Positions 1 through 8,414 of a DNA stretch of 32,000 nucleotides are shown piece after piece. The notes beneath the pieces were generated by a model. It was not told the DNA's origin. It was given only the letters and a program-made list of their open reading frames with translations, and ran no database searches. Both the position numbers and the translations under genes were made by a program. Positions within the stretch are counted from its first letter, which is position 1. Each line of letters opens with the position of its first letter. This DNA comes from Ignicoccus pacificus DSM 13166 (lineage in GTDB: Archaea > Thermoproteota > Thermoprotei_A > Sulfolobales > Ignicoccaceae). Location: NCBI GenBank assembly GCA_025340205.1, contig CP006868.1:1653058-1685057 (forward strand), given 5' to 3'.

Positions 1-1
1 C

Positions 2-229
2 AGCGTCGGTGAAACTATAATCCCCCCTGAGCAGATAATGGACGAAGTCGTTAGAATAGTTGAAAATATGATCAATGAATTAGGATTAAAGGGAGAAGTA
101 AAAGTGACCGGGCGCGAGCTCTATGTAGTGATTAGCAAGAGAGTTCCCAAGAAGTTAGTACAACAATTAGAGAAGGCCCTCAAGGCTAGGCTTGGAGACT
201 TGTATGAGGTAAAGGTAACCACGGGGTGA
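2..229 (+). CDS. Small hypothetical protein; may continue beyond the left window edge
   Basis: ATG ORF at 38..229 (63 aa). The frame stays open upstream to the window edge (SVGETIIPPEQI before the ATG), so the true start may lie outside. Its stop TGA sits in a GGGGTGA Shine-Dalgarno-like sequence just ahead of the next ATG. Confidence 0.6.
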   Translation, partial: SVGETIIPPEQIMDEVVRIVENMINELGLKGEVKVTGRELYVVISKRVPKKLVQQLEKALKARLGDLYEVKVTTG

Positions 230-235
230 TGAATC

Positions 236-1144
236 ATGATATTCTTCTTCGGTAGGAAGAAAAAGGAAGAGAGCATTGTAGTTGGAATAGACAAGGACAA
301 CGTATTCGGGACGATGAGCCCCAAGGGAGGTGTCGGTAAGACTAGCATAACAGTAGAGATAGCCTTCCTTATCGCACAGAAAGACATCAGCGTTGCATTA
401 GTTGACTGGGATCTGTGGTCTCCCAGGTTGACCAGCAGGCTATTGGGAAGCAGCGAAGGCCCCGGACTTTTGGAACTCTTGCTCGGCGAGGCTAATCCTG
501 ATGAAGTAGTCAGAGAGGTAGAGTTCACCACAGTTACCGGTAAGGTAGTTAGGGTAAAACTAGTTCCCGCTTCTAGTAAAGAAGCCTTGGCGAAGGGTGA
601 GGTCAAGAGACTAGCAAGCGAACTGGAACATAAGTACGACAAGGTGAAGGCAAGAGCAGTTGCACTATCCAATTACCTATCCGGTCTCAATGACATAGTC
701 TTCAATGACTACCCCGTACCAAGCGGACCAGCCCCGGCACCCTTCCATAAGATAGCCGCCAGTGCCACCCATTGGTTAAACATAGTCATAGACGCCGTCC
801 CCGTCACAGCCGAATACGCTGCTAGGTACGTGGAGATGTTCTATCCGACGTTGCCGGTATTCGTAGTCTTCGTCAACATGATAAAGCCTGTCCACCATGA
901 GTACAGCGCTGCGGTAGCGAGGGCTCCGGAGCTATGTAAGAAGTTCGCCGCGAAGTACGTAGCATTCATACCCTTCGACGGAAAGTTATATGACGTGAAG
1001 GTATCCGGAGCAGCGCCCCCAGCAAGCATCAATTACAAGCCCACGGAGTCTGCAGCTTTGAAGGTATTGAGAGATGCGGCGATGAAGATAGCCAGGAGGG
1101 AGAAGCCTCCGGGATGCGTCGCCCTACATCTAAAGGTTCTTTAA
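236..1144 (+). CDS. ParA/MinD-family P-loop ATPase
   Basis: Deviant Walker A motif SPKGGVGKTS followed by VALVDWDLWSPRL (in place of the usual D-x-D region), 302 aa. Confidence 0.85.
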   Translation: MIFFFGRKKKEESIVVGIDKDNVFGTMSPKGGVGKTSITVEIAFLIAQKDISVALVDWDLWSPRLTSRLLGSSEGPGLLELLLGEANPDEVVREVEFTTVTGKVVRVKLVPASSKEALAKGEVKRLASELEHKYDKVKARAVALSNYLSGLNDIVFNDYPVPSGPAPAPFHKIAASATHWLNIVIDAVPVTAEYAARYVEMFYPTLPVFVVFVNMIKPVHHEYSAAVARAPELCKKFAAKYVAFIPFDGKLYDVKVSGAAPPASINYKPTESAALKVLRDAAMKIARREKPPGCVALHLKVL

Positions 1145-1167
1145 CGATTAATAGGGGGTGAAGTATC

Positions 1168-1482
1168 GTGAAGAAAGAATGGCAGAATGAAGTCCAGAAG
1201 GTCCCAGGATATGAGGTAGCGTGGTACGTCGTCTATGAAGTAAGTGATGTGGAGATAGAGGTACTGGATTATGAAAACATAGACACAGCAACTATAAATA
1301 CACTCAAAGGTATAGTTGCTAATATAATTCATGACTTAAAGGCAATATCCGAGAAAGAGCTGAAGGCAATACCAATAGAGAAAAGGAAACTGGACGTCGT
1401 CACCAGAGCTAAGGGTGGATACATCAGTATGAGCTTAGTTGCTGATAACATGCTAGTGATGGCAGGTCTTAGGAAGAAATAA
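1168..1482 (+). CDS. Hypothetical protein, 104 aa, downstream of the ParA-like gene
   Basis: GTG-start ORF with GGGGTGA upstream, same strand, 23-nt gap from the ParA-like gene. Confidence 0.7.
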   Translation: MKKEWQNEVQKVPGYEVAWYVVYEVSDVEIEVLDYENIDTATINTLKGIVANIIHDLKAISEKELKAIPIEKRKLDVVTRAKGGYISMSLVADNMLVMAGLRKK

Positions 1483-1484
1483 AG

Positions 1485-1859
1485 TTACGACAACTTAGCT
1501 ATAACCACCCTTACTCGCGATCCGTCCCAGATGGCCCTTATATCAAAGGGCGCTTCGAGCTCTGATTCTGAGAATATCGTCTTGAAGATGGCTGTCGTAG
1601 ACCTTAATGATTTCGATGCCATTACAGCGTGAGCGAGGATAGGAACCAACTGCGAGAGGACCAAGTCCTTGCTAGGATCAACTAACACTGTCATTCCAGG
1701 ATAGCTTGCTGAGCCGGCTCCCTCTCCCTCCCATTTCTCATTAAGAAGCTCCAATATTTCTTTGATTCCATTTATGTTCTCGCTGAGCACTTTTTCCATA
1801 GCTTCTATTAGTTCCTTGAAGTTGTTGTATTTGGCTACTTCAAATGGCAACGTTCTCAC
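1485..1859 (-). CDS. Hypothetical protein, 124 aa
   Basis: ORF overlapping the end of pepA by 4 nt, an arrangement consistent with translational coupling. Confidence 0.7.
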   Translation of the reverse strand: MRTLPFEVAKYNNFKELIEAMEKVLSENINGIKEILELLNEKWEGEGAGSASYPGMTVLVDPSKDLVLSQLVPILAHAVMASKSLRSTTAIFKTIFSESELEAPFDIRAIWDGSRVRVVIAKLS

Positions 1860-3160
1860 CTACCCATTTTCTTGAGAGTTCTCAGCATAAGTCTAGTGCC
1901 CCAACCGGTAGGATAGGGCGAGCACCAGCTAGCTCCGATGCTATTAGCCATAGCCGGTCCGGCTATGTCTAAGTAGACCCATGGCTCTGGTGCGAATTCT
2001 TTTAAGAACAAGGCTCCCATGATGCTTCCGGCTTGCCTCTTCTTGCTTATGTTAGCTATATCTGCCGCCGGGTGAGACAAGTACTCCTTATACTTCTTGT
2101 ATAGGGGCATCCTCCAGACGAGCTCTCCAGTCTCCTTCGATGCTTCTTCAACAACCTTAGCAAGTTCATCATCGGTAGCATAGAGCGCTGCTATGTCATA
2201 GCCTAAAGCTATTATCTGGGCACCAGTTAAGGTCGCTAAGGTAAAGGTTACGCTGGGTGAGTATTTCTTGGCATATGTTAGAGCATCAGCGAGGATCAAG
2301 CGTCCTTCAGCATCTGTATTAGATATATGGACGTACTTTCCGCTATAACTCTTAATGATATCCTCGGGTTTGTAAGCTCTGCCGGAAATCAAGTTCTCAG
2401 CAAGAGGTACCAAGGTAACCAAGTTAACGTCTAAGTTTAGCTTCGCTGCCCAAATAGTGGCCGAGGTCACCGCCGCTGCGCCGCTCATGTCAGCGTGCAT
2501 GCCCTCCATGTAGTTAGGAGGCTTCAAGTCGTACCCTCCTGCATCAAATGTGACACCCTTTCCAACCAAGGATACCTTCTTCCCTCCACCGTTGTACTCC
2601 AAGATCATGAGCCTGGGGGGTATGTCGGAGCCCTTACCGACGGCTAGTAGTAAGTTTAATCCTTCCTTCTCTAAGTCTTCCTTCTCTAATACAGTAACCG
2701 AGATCGGCAGACCTCTAACGACCTCTCTTACCCTATCAGGGAAGGTTCTGGGATTGAGTTGATTTGGAGGTTCACTAGCTAATTCTCTTGCGAACATTTG
2801 TGCCCTAGCATGTTCTAACGCTTCCTTCAACTCATCACAATCTCTTACAACAAAGTAAACAGTTCTTTCTTTTTTGTCAGATTTATACTTATCGAAGTCC
2901 CAAGCGGTTAAGGCTAACCCAGTAACTATAGCATACGGGTTGTCTACCTTGCGGAGGTCTACTACGGAGAACTTGAATTTCTTGAGTGATTTTCCTAAAC
3001 CATATCCCGTTTCGAAGGGATCCTCCTTGTTGTAGACTGTTAGGAGCTTGAGAATACCATCCTCCTTAACTAGTAGCGACTTCACACCTTTGGTATCTTC
3101 AGGTAACAAGGGAACGCTTGCCCTTTCCAAGAGTTCATTTTCTGAATCAAGGAACTCCAC
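1856..3160 (-). CDS. pepA: Leucyl aminopeptidase (M17 family)
   Basis: M17 signature NTDAEGRLILADAL, plus VGKGVTFDAGGYDLK and MHADMSGAAAV motifs. Confidence 0.95.
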   Translation of the reverse strand: MEFLDSENELLERASVPLLPEDTKGVKSLLVKEDGILKLLTVYNKEDPFETGYGLGKSLKKFKFSVVDLRKVDNPYAIVTGLALTAWDFDKYKSDKKERTVYFVVRDCDELKEALEHARAQMFARELASEPPNQLNPRTFPDRVREVVRGLPISVTVLEKEDLEKEGLNLLLAVGKGSDIPPRLMILEYNGGGKKVSLVGKGVTFDAGGYDLKPPNYMEGMHADMSGAAAVTSATIWAAKLNLDVNLVTLVPLAENLISGRAYKPEDIIKSYSGKYVHISNTDAEGRLILADALTYAKKYSPSVTFTLATLTGAQIIALGYDIAALYATDDELAKVVEEASKETGELVWRMPLYKKYKEYLSHPAADIANISKKRQAGSIMGALFLKEFAPEPWVYLDIAGPAMANSIGASWCSPYPTGWGTRLMLRTLKKMGR

Positions 3161-3302
3161 CTTTACACCGGGTAACGTCGAAGGCTCCGAAGTAGTGCAT
3201 TGAAGATTCAGCAGGGCTCACACCCGTTAGTCACACCTTAATATCCCCTTTAAGGGGTAGCCTTAGGCACTTCATACTCGAGAAGTTTCTCGGTTTTTAT
3301 GA

Positions 3303-3354
3303 GCGATGAGGTGAACCGGCAAATCTGATAGGTGATGAGTCAGAGTTACGCCGA
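3303..3354 (+). ncRNA. Candidate C/D-box sRNA in the pepA/membrane-protein intergenic gap
   Basis: C-like GCGATGA (3303-3309), D' CTGA (3325-3328), consensus C' GTGATGA (3332-3338), 12 nt, D-like CCGA (3351-3354). Confidence 0.35.
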
Positions 3355-3355
3355 G

Positions 3356-3703
3356 CTATATTTTGAAGAATATATGAAGCAGAACGTATACTATAGCAGC
3401 AATAATCAAGTTACTGAGCACAGTTTTCCATGTTAACTCTTTCAGCTTATCGGCGGCGGCGATGAAGAGCATTGCAAGACCTAAAACGTTTGTCAAGGTA
3501 TAGCCTATCCAATAACCTATATCAAAACTGACTATTGGTCTGAGTGCCATTGCTATAAGAATAGCAAGTGGAATGTTGACGAAGCTATCGTTCCAAGGGG
3601 TTAATGGTGAAAGCATGAAGCCTATGAAGGCTACGGCTGCTCTGATCAGATGCGCCGGGCGTTTACGTCCTCCCTTGACGGTCTTGCCGGTGGTTCTCAT
3701 CAT
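3356..3703 (-). CDS. Hypothetical membrane protein, 115 aa
   Basis: Hydrophobic segments (AAVAFIGFMLSPL, NIPLAILIAMAL, YWIGYTLTNVLGLAMLFIAA, VLSNLIIAAIVYVLLHIFF) consistent with several TM helices. Confidence 0.65.
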   Translation of the reverse strand: MMRTTGKTVKGGRKRPAHLIRAAVAFIGFMLSPLTPWNDSFVNIPLAILIAMALRPIVSFDIGYWIGYTLTNVLGLAMLFIAAADKLKELTWKTVLSNLIIAAIVYVLLHIFFKI

Positions 3704-3721
3704 CTCAAGTTTTGGAAAGCG

Positions 3722-3895
3722 CTAGTCCTTAATAAAACCGGTACAGTAGATACACTTACATAGCTTAGAATTAGGATCGTACATATAGGCATGACAGAAG
3801 TTGTCTTGACACTTTATGAAACACTCTTCTTCACTTTCTATATCATTAAAAGTTATGTCTCTTATCGCTGGTTCTATCTTCTTCATCTCTTTCAC
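3722..3895 (-). CDS. Small Cys-rich protein, 57 aa, not in the supplied ORF track
   Basis: Manual translation: (GTG)KEMKKIEPAIRDITFNDIESEEECFIKCQDNFCHAYMYDPNSKLCKCIYCTGFIKD*. Six cysteines. The GTG start overlaps the stop of the upstream gene (GTGA). Confidence 0.55.
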   Translation of the reverse strand: MKEMKKIEPAIRDITFNDIESEEECFIKCQDNFCHAYMYDPNSKLCKCIYCTGFIKD

Positions 3896-4197
3896 TCTAA
3901 CTCTTCCAATACTTCCTCTGGTATGTGAGCGGAGGGAGCTCTTAGCGCTTTACGGGCCAGCTCCCTAGCTATCGGATTAAGTGACTTGAATTCGTCAGAT
4001 TCTATGTCTATCTTCTTTATCTTGCCCTTGTACTTATCCTTTTTCTCCTCTAATTCCTTTGGAGGTATGATGAATGCTGTGAACTTCGGGTTGGTCTCAG
4101 ATGGGATCCTTCCAGTTGCAATGGCTACGTGAACCTCTCCGTCTAAGCCCCTCCTGGCTCTCACGATATAGACGTCTACGTCCACTGGCTTGTACAT
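3892..4197 (-). CDS. Hypothetical protein, 101 aa
   Basis: ORF between nurA and the Cys-rich ORF on the same strand, charged C-terminus. Confidence 0.65.
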   Translation of the reverse strand: MYKPVDVDVYIVRARRGLDGEVHVAIATGRIPSETNPKFTAFIIPPKELEEKKDKYKGKIKKIDIESDEFKSLNPIARELARKALRAPSAHIPEEVLEELE

Positions 4198-4231
4198 CTA
4201 CTCTCCCTCTCGGAGCTTGAAGAAAAAGGGA

Positions 4232-5221
4232 TTAAAGCGCTTCGCGCCCTGTTCTAAGAAGTCCTCCTCCAGCCCTTCTTAGTAGTACGTTGAAGTAGCG
4301 GTCACTAATTTCACATCTCCTATGAGCCAGTTTAAGGGGTAGAGGATATCCTTTTACTGAATAGTAAATTAGTATTTTAAAGATCTCTTCCATTTCGTCT
4401 TCGTTAACATTTCCTAGTACCTCAACTACGTAAACGCTACCTCTTTTACTGAACTTCATATACGATCTACTTATCGTTACTGTTTCTTGGGGGCTACACC
4501 CGACCTCGAGTTCTTGTATGAAGGGTTTTGTGAAACCAGGAGTCTTTGCTAACACATCTATTATCTCTATATCATATATCTCCGGATCGTTAAACACGGA
4601 ATTATCCATAAACGATTTGCCCACGTAAACCGTCGGAACCTTGCGTGCAATCCTAGCTACTTCTTTGTACATCTCCTTTTTCCATCCACACTCAACTCTT
4701 ATGGCTTCAGCTACGTCGTTAGTATTCCTTACTCTTACTAATAGTTCATCTAGAGTACCCTTGAAGGGAGTGCAACCATACGCGCTCAAGTCTGCGTGAC
4801 ACTTGCTAGCAACGCTGAACATGCCATCCATCATCATAAAGAATGTTGGATTCGCTTCTGTAAAATCGGAATAGAGTTCTGCCTCTAGACCTTCCATGTA
4901 CATAATAGTTCTCTCTCGCCAGAACTGAGGAAAACGTAATATTCCCATCTTTTCCTTTTTGGGAGTCTCTTCAGTAGAACCCTTGGGTATTTTGATTACT
5001 ACGGCCCTAACGGCAAAGACAGTAGCCGCGTGAAGCTTCTTCCTGTTGACAGAGCCATCGATAGCAGCTACGGGTATACCATCAGACCTTTCTGTAATAT
5101 CCATCGAGTTCCAGAGTTCGTTAAACTTATCCATGTATTCTTCGGCGAGCGTCCTTAACGCGTTTTGTGTAAGTATCGACCTCAATTCAATTGAATCTTT
5201 AATTAGACCTTGATAGACCAA
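4232..5221 (-). CDS. nurA: NurA-family 5'-3' nuclease
   Basis: NurA-like motif VAAIDGSVNR near the N-terminus and location head-to-head with herA. Confidence 0.75.
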   Translation of the reverse strand: MVYQGLIKDSIELRSILTQNALRTLAEEYMDKFNELWNSMDITERSDGIPVAAIDGSVNRKKLHAATVFAVRAVVIKIPKGSTEETPKKEKMGILRFPQFWRERTIMYMEGLEAELYSDFTEANPTFFMMMDGMFSVASKCHADLSAYGCTPFKGTLDELLVRVRNTNDVAEAIRVECGWKKEMYKEVARIARKVPTVYVGKSFMDNSVFNDPEIYDIEIIDVLAKTPGFTKPFIQELEVGCSPQETVTISRSYMKFSKRGSVYVVEVLGNVNEDEMEEIFKILIYYSVKGYPLPLKLAHRRCEISDRYFNVLLRRAGGGLLRTGREAL

Positions 5222-5272
5222 TCCCGACCCCCCACATTAATATCTCTTTGTACTATGATAATACGCTCGGGC

Positions 5273-7009
5273 ATGGTATTTATGGAAACACAGTTCACTG
5301 AAAGTGTATACATGGAAGATGAGAGTGTAGGATATGTCGTTGGAGAGACTTCGACAACGCAAGTAGTCGCTAGATACGATGGTAAAGTCATTAGAGGAAA
5401 GTACGTTATAGTAAAAGGAGAGGACAAGTACCTACTAGGACTCATCGAGGATGTTAGAAGCAGAAGTGATCTAATTGAGGATGGATTACATACCGAAGAC
5501 ATAAAGAGAATAGTTGAAGAGATAGGTATGGACGAGAAGGCGGTTTATGCCAAGATACGTTTGTTAGCCGAATTGGACGAACTCTTAAATGGAAAGATAG
5601 TCCCTCCGAGAACGGCCCCTCATCCCGGAGCAGAAGTACGCGTAGCTTCAGATGAGTTGTTGAGAAGGATCTTTACGAAGGATAACGATCCCAGATATAT
5701 TCGTATAGGTACGTTAGCTGCACATCCTAATGTTCCGTTCTTCGTTAACTTAAATCAAATAGTTACGAGGCATTTAGCTATACTAGCGGTCACTGGAGCC
5801 GGAAAGAGTAACACCGTAACTGTTCTCTCAGAAAGAATTGCACGAAAAGGAGGCATAGTCGTTATATTTGATATGCATGGAGAATATAGCAAGGCCACCG
5901 ATGAGGAGCTAATAAATACAATAAAAGGTAAGATCAATCCTAATAAAATAGATCACAGTAGTTTCGTTAGATTACTTAATCTTAGAGAAGCACCTAAGCA
6001 AGAGCTCTATATTAGGAACTTACTTAAAGCATGGAATGTGCTATATCAAGGTAACTTCTATAAGGATCCCTCGGATATGCTAGACGCGCTAAGTGAGATG
6101 TTAGAGGAATTAATGGGTGGGAGCAAGTTACCTATAATAAAGGATCCTTACTTAGTATCAAAGGCAGTTGATGAGGAGCTTAGGAAGAGTAAGACTATAC
6201 ACATGAAGCCTTTGAAGTTCTTGATAGGTTTCGTCAAGGGTAATCTAGCTTCGGCGAGGTATAGCTTTTGCAAGGATCCGGAGAGATGTATGTCAGCTAT
6301 GAGCGTTCTTGACGTTCCTGGTACTGACAAGAACTCGACATTACCTTCATTGATGATTAAATTGGAGGATATGAAGGAGAGGTATAAGGAAATAATTGAT
6401 TTTGCATTTAATGACATAATTGATAAAATAGAGAAAGGAAAAATAAATGTTGTTGATCTCAGTACCGTGGATGAAGACGCAGCCGATGTTATAGTGAGCA
6501 CTTTCCTAAAGAGGATACTATTTGAAAGAAAGAGATATGTTCAGAGCGGAGGAACAGAGGGCTTCAAGTACCCATTGCTGGTGGTCTTGGAAGAGGCTCA
6601 CATCCTCGCTCCACGTGATAGGAGTACGAGTACCAAGCATTGGGCTGCTAGGGTAGCTAGGGAGGGAAGGAAGTTCGGGGTAGGGATATGCTTGGTTTCC
6701 CAGAGACCTAAGAACGTCGACCAAGATACCTTGAGTCAGGCCAATAACATGATAATCTTAAGGTTAATCGAACCGAGTGATCAGAAGCACGTGCAAGCGA
6801 GCAGTGAATCGCTAAGCGACGACCTTCTCTCGCAACTTCCCTCTCTGGCAACCGGAGAAGGGGTGGTTCTGGGTCCAATGACTACGTTGCCGGCTTTGGT
6901 AAAGATAGATAAAGCAGAGAAGAAGGTAATTGGAGCAGATATAGATGTCGTCAAGGAGTGGCAGAACGAAGAGAGAGTGGAGGTAGAAGACATTTGGTCA
7001 CAGCTGTAG
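5273..7009 (+). CDS. herA: HerA-type DNA helicase/translocase
   Basis: HAS-barrel-like N-terminus, Walker A LAVTGAGKSNTV, Walker B VIFDMHGEY, VVLEEAHILAPRD. The track ORF begins at 5210; Met codons at 5273 or 5282 are more plausible starts than the upstream TTG. Confidence 0.88.
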   Translation: MVFMETQFTESVYMEDESVGYVVGETSTTQVVARYDGKVIRGKYVIVKGEDKYLLGLIEDVRSRSDLIEDGLHTEDIKRIVEEIGMDEKAVYAKIRLLAELDELLNGKIVPPRTAPHPGAEVRVASDELLRRIFTKDNDPRYIRIGTLAAHPNVPFFVNLNQIVTRHLAILAVTGAGKSNTVTVLSERIARKGGIVVIFDMHGEYSKATDEELINTIKGKINPNKIDHSSFVRLLNLREAPKQELYIRNLLKAWNVLYQGNFYKDPSDMLDALSEMLEELMGGSKLPIIKDPYLVSKAVDEELRKSKTIHMKPLKFLIGFVKGNLASARYSFCKDPERCMSAMSVLDVPGTDKNSTLPSLMIKLEDMKERYKEIIDFAFNDIIDKIEKGKINVVDLSTVDEDAADVIVSTFLKRILFERKRYVQSGGTEGFKYPLLVVLEEAHILAPRDRSTSTKHWAARVAREGRKFGVGICLVSQRPKNVDQDTLSQANNMIILRLIEPSDQKHVQASSESLSDDLLSQLPSLATGEGVVLGPMTTLPALVKIDKAEKKVIGADIDVVKEWQNEERVEVEDIWSQL

Positions 7010-7791
7010 GCTTGGGAGGAATCGGAGGTACCCTAATAGCCCTAGCTCATTCTCCAAAGGTAGATAGAGTCGTGGTCTTAAGATCATGCAAGAGACGCGA
7101 CGTGAAACATGCTAAGAAAGTAGCTGATAGCGCCTTTTTGGTAAATCCCAGTACGATGATAAACAAGAAACCATCCTTAGAAGGTCAGTTAGCTTCCAAG
7201 GACTATGAAACGTATGTTGTCTGTCTAGATTCTCCATGGCCTATGGTGTTGGAAAGCGTAGACGTAGTCGTCGAGGGAGATGTGGTAGCTGGAGATATGG
7301 CATGTTTATGCAGTCCCAAACCTCCTAGATGCTTTCCTTCATTTAAAGCCTTAGCTGCCTTGGGAGAGCGCGAGGGTGTCCTCGTTAGCTCGCTCCTAGG
7401 GAGACCCCCTGCAGACGCTAGCTGTGTTGCCGAAAGGTTAGAGAGAAACATCCACTGCTTCAAGGGTCGAAGAGTGCTATCCGGAAAACCTCTTGAGGAT
7501 TACATCAGGTTATTGGATTATCTTTATGCCAAAGTTCCTAACAGTATGATAATAGAACTTCGAAAGGAGGTGCTAAAGGGTAAGCTGGAGATCCTCGAGT
7601 TCGATTACCCGTGCTTTTACGAGTTCTCGAGAGACGCCCAAGCCCTTAGACAAAAGGGTCCTAAAGACTTTCGTATAGGGATGAAACCTTGTAAAGGAGA
7701 CCTTACCGAAGTGCTTAAGAGAATAGGAGTTGAGTTAGGAGGTGACGAGAGTTCCGCAGATTCCCTCCACTATAGCTCTTCTGACGTTTGA
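6994..7791 (+). CDS. Hypothetical protein with Rossmann-like N-terminus
   Basis: Glycine-rich VTAVGLGGIGGTL near the N-terminus. The track ORF begins at 6958; a TTG at 6994 is a plausible start with short overlap of herA. Confidence 0.5.
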   Translation: MVTAVGLGGIGGTLIALAHSPKVDRVVVLRSCKRRDVKHAKKVADSAFLVNPSTMINKKPSLEGQLASKDYETYVVCLDSPWPMVLESVDVVVEGDVVAGDMACLCSPKPPRCFPSFKALAALGEREGVLVSSLLGRPPADASCVAERLERNIHCFKGRRVLSGKPLEDYIRLLDYLYAKVPNSMIIELRKEVLKGKLEILEFDYPCFYEFSRDAQALRQKGPKDFRIGMKPCKGDLTEVLKRIGVELGGDESSADSLHYSSSDV

Positions 7792-8409
7792 GGGATCTCC
7801 TCCGTAAACGACCGCTATGGGTATGTTACTCCTCTTCGCTATTTCTAGCGATAGAGCATCGAATAGTTCGTATCTGCCTGGCTCTTGTTTCCATCCAGAA
7901 CTCTCTAAGATCCTTTTGACCTCGTCGTAACTAACCTTACTCAGCTTCTTCGCTCCAGGACTGTTGGGGGGTTCTGTGTATATTGCGTCAACCGTAGTAG
8001 CATTTACGACCATGTCGGCGTTCATGAGTTCTGCCAACACTAGGGAAACGGCATTCGTCGACTGGCCCGGCTGCATCCCGCCCGCTATTACTACCTTACC
8101 AGAACTCATTAGCTCTAAGACTTCATTGACACTCTTTGGTACTTTCTTTATTGCGTTCTTCACGTGAAGACTTAGAAGTAAGGCGTTCAACCTCGCTGCT
8201 TCTATACCTATGAAATCCTTGAGGGACTTAGACTCAGGTGCATGTTCTATGTACTTCCTCGCAGTGGAACCGCCTCCTACGACCACGGCCATGTTATAGC
8301 CACGTTCATAAAGCTCATCAATAATCTTAGCGTATTCCTTGACCAACGGTTCGTCAAGAGGGGAGATGAACTTACCAGAAATTTTTATTACTACCTTCTT
8401 CATCTCCAT
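7735..8409 (-). CDS. pyrH: Archaeal-type UMP kinase
   Basis: KKVVIKISGKFISP, VVVGGGSTARKYIE, and MNADMVVNATTVDAIYTEPP motifs of the amino-acid kinase fold UMP kinase. Start probably at the internal MKK (8403). Confidence 0.9.
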   Translation of the reverse strand: MEMKKVVIKISGKFISPLDEPLVKEYAKIIDELYERGYNMAVVVGGGSTARKYIEHAPESKSLKDFIGIEAARLNALLLSLHVKNAIKKVPKSVNEVLELMSSGKVVIAGGMQPGQSTNAVSLVLAELMNADMVVNATTVDAIYTEPPNSPGAKKLSKVSYDEVKRILESSGWKQEPGRYELFDALSLEIAKRSNIPIAVVYGGDPSNVRRAIVEGICGTLVTS

Positions 8410-8414
8410 TACCT

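Noticed and set aside
121-672. Antisense ORF of 183 aa opposite the ParA-like gene
   Set aside because: Low-complexity Ser/Leu/Thr composition typical of an antisense shadow; the plus strand has a recognisable P-loop ATPase.
3245-3257. CCCCTT-T-AAGGGG inverted repeat upstream of pepA
   Set aside because: A 6-bp stem with a 1-nt centre is too short to fold as a useful hairpin; the TTAAA core could simply be promoter AT content. Not strong enough to call.
5203-5502. Minus-strand 99-aa ORF overlapping the start of herA
   Set aside because: Entirely antisense to conserved HAS-like coding sequence; Ser/Thr/Pro-rich shadow ORF.
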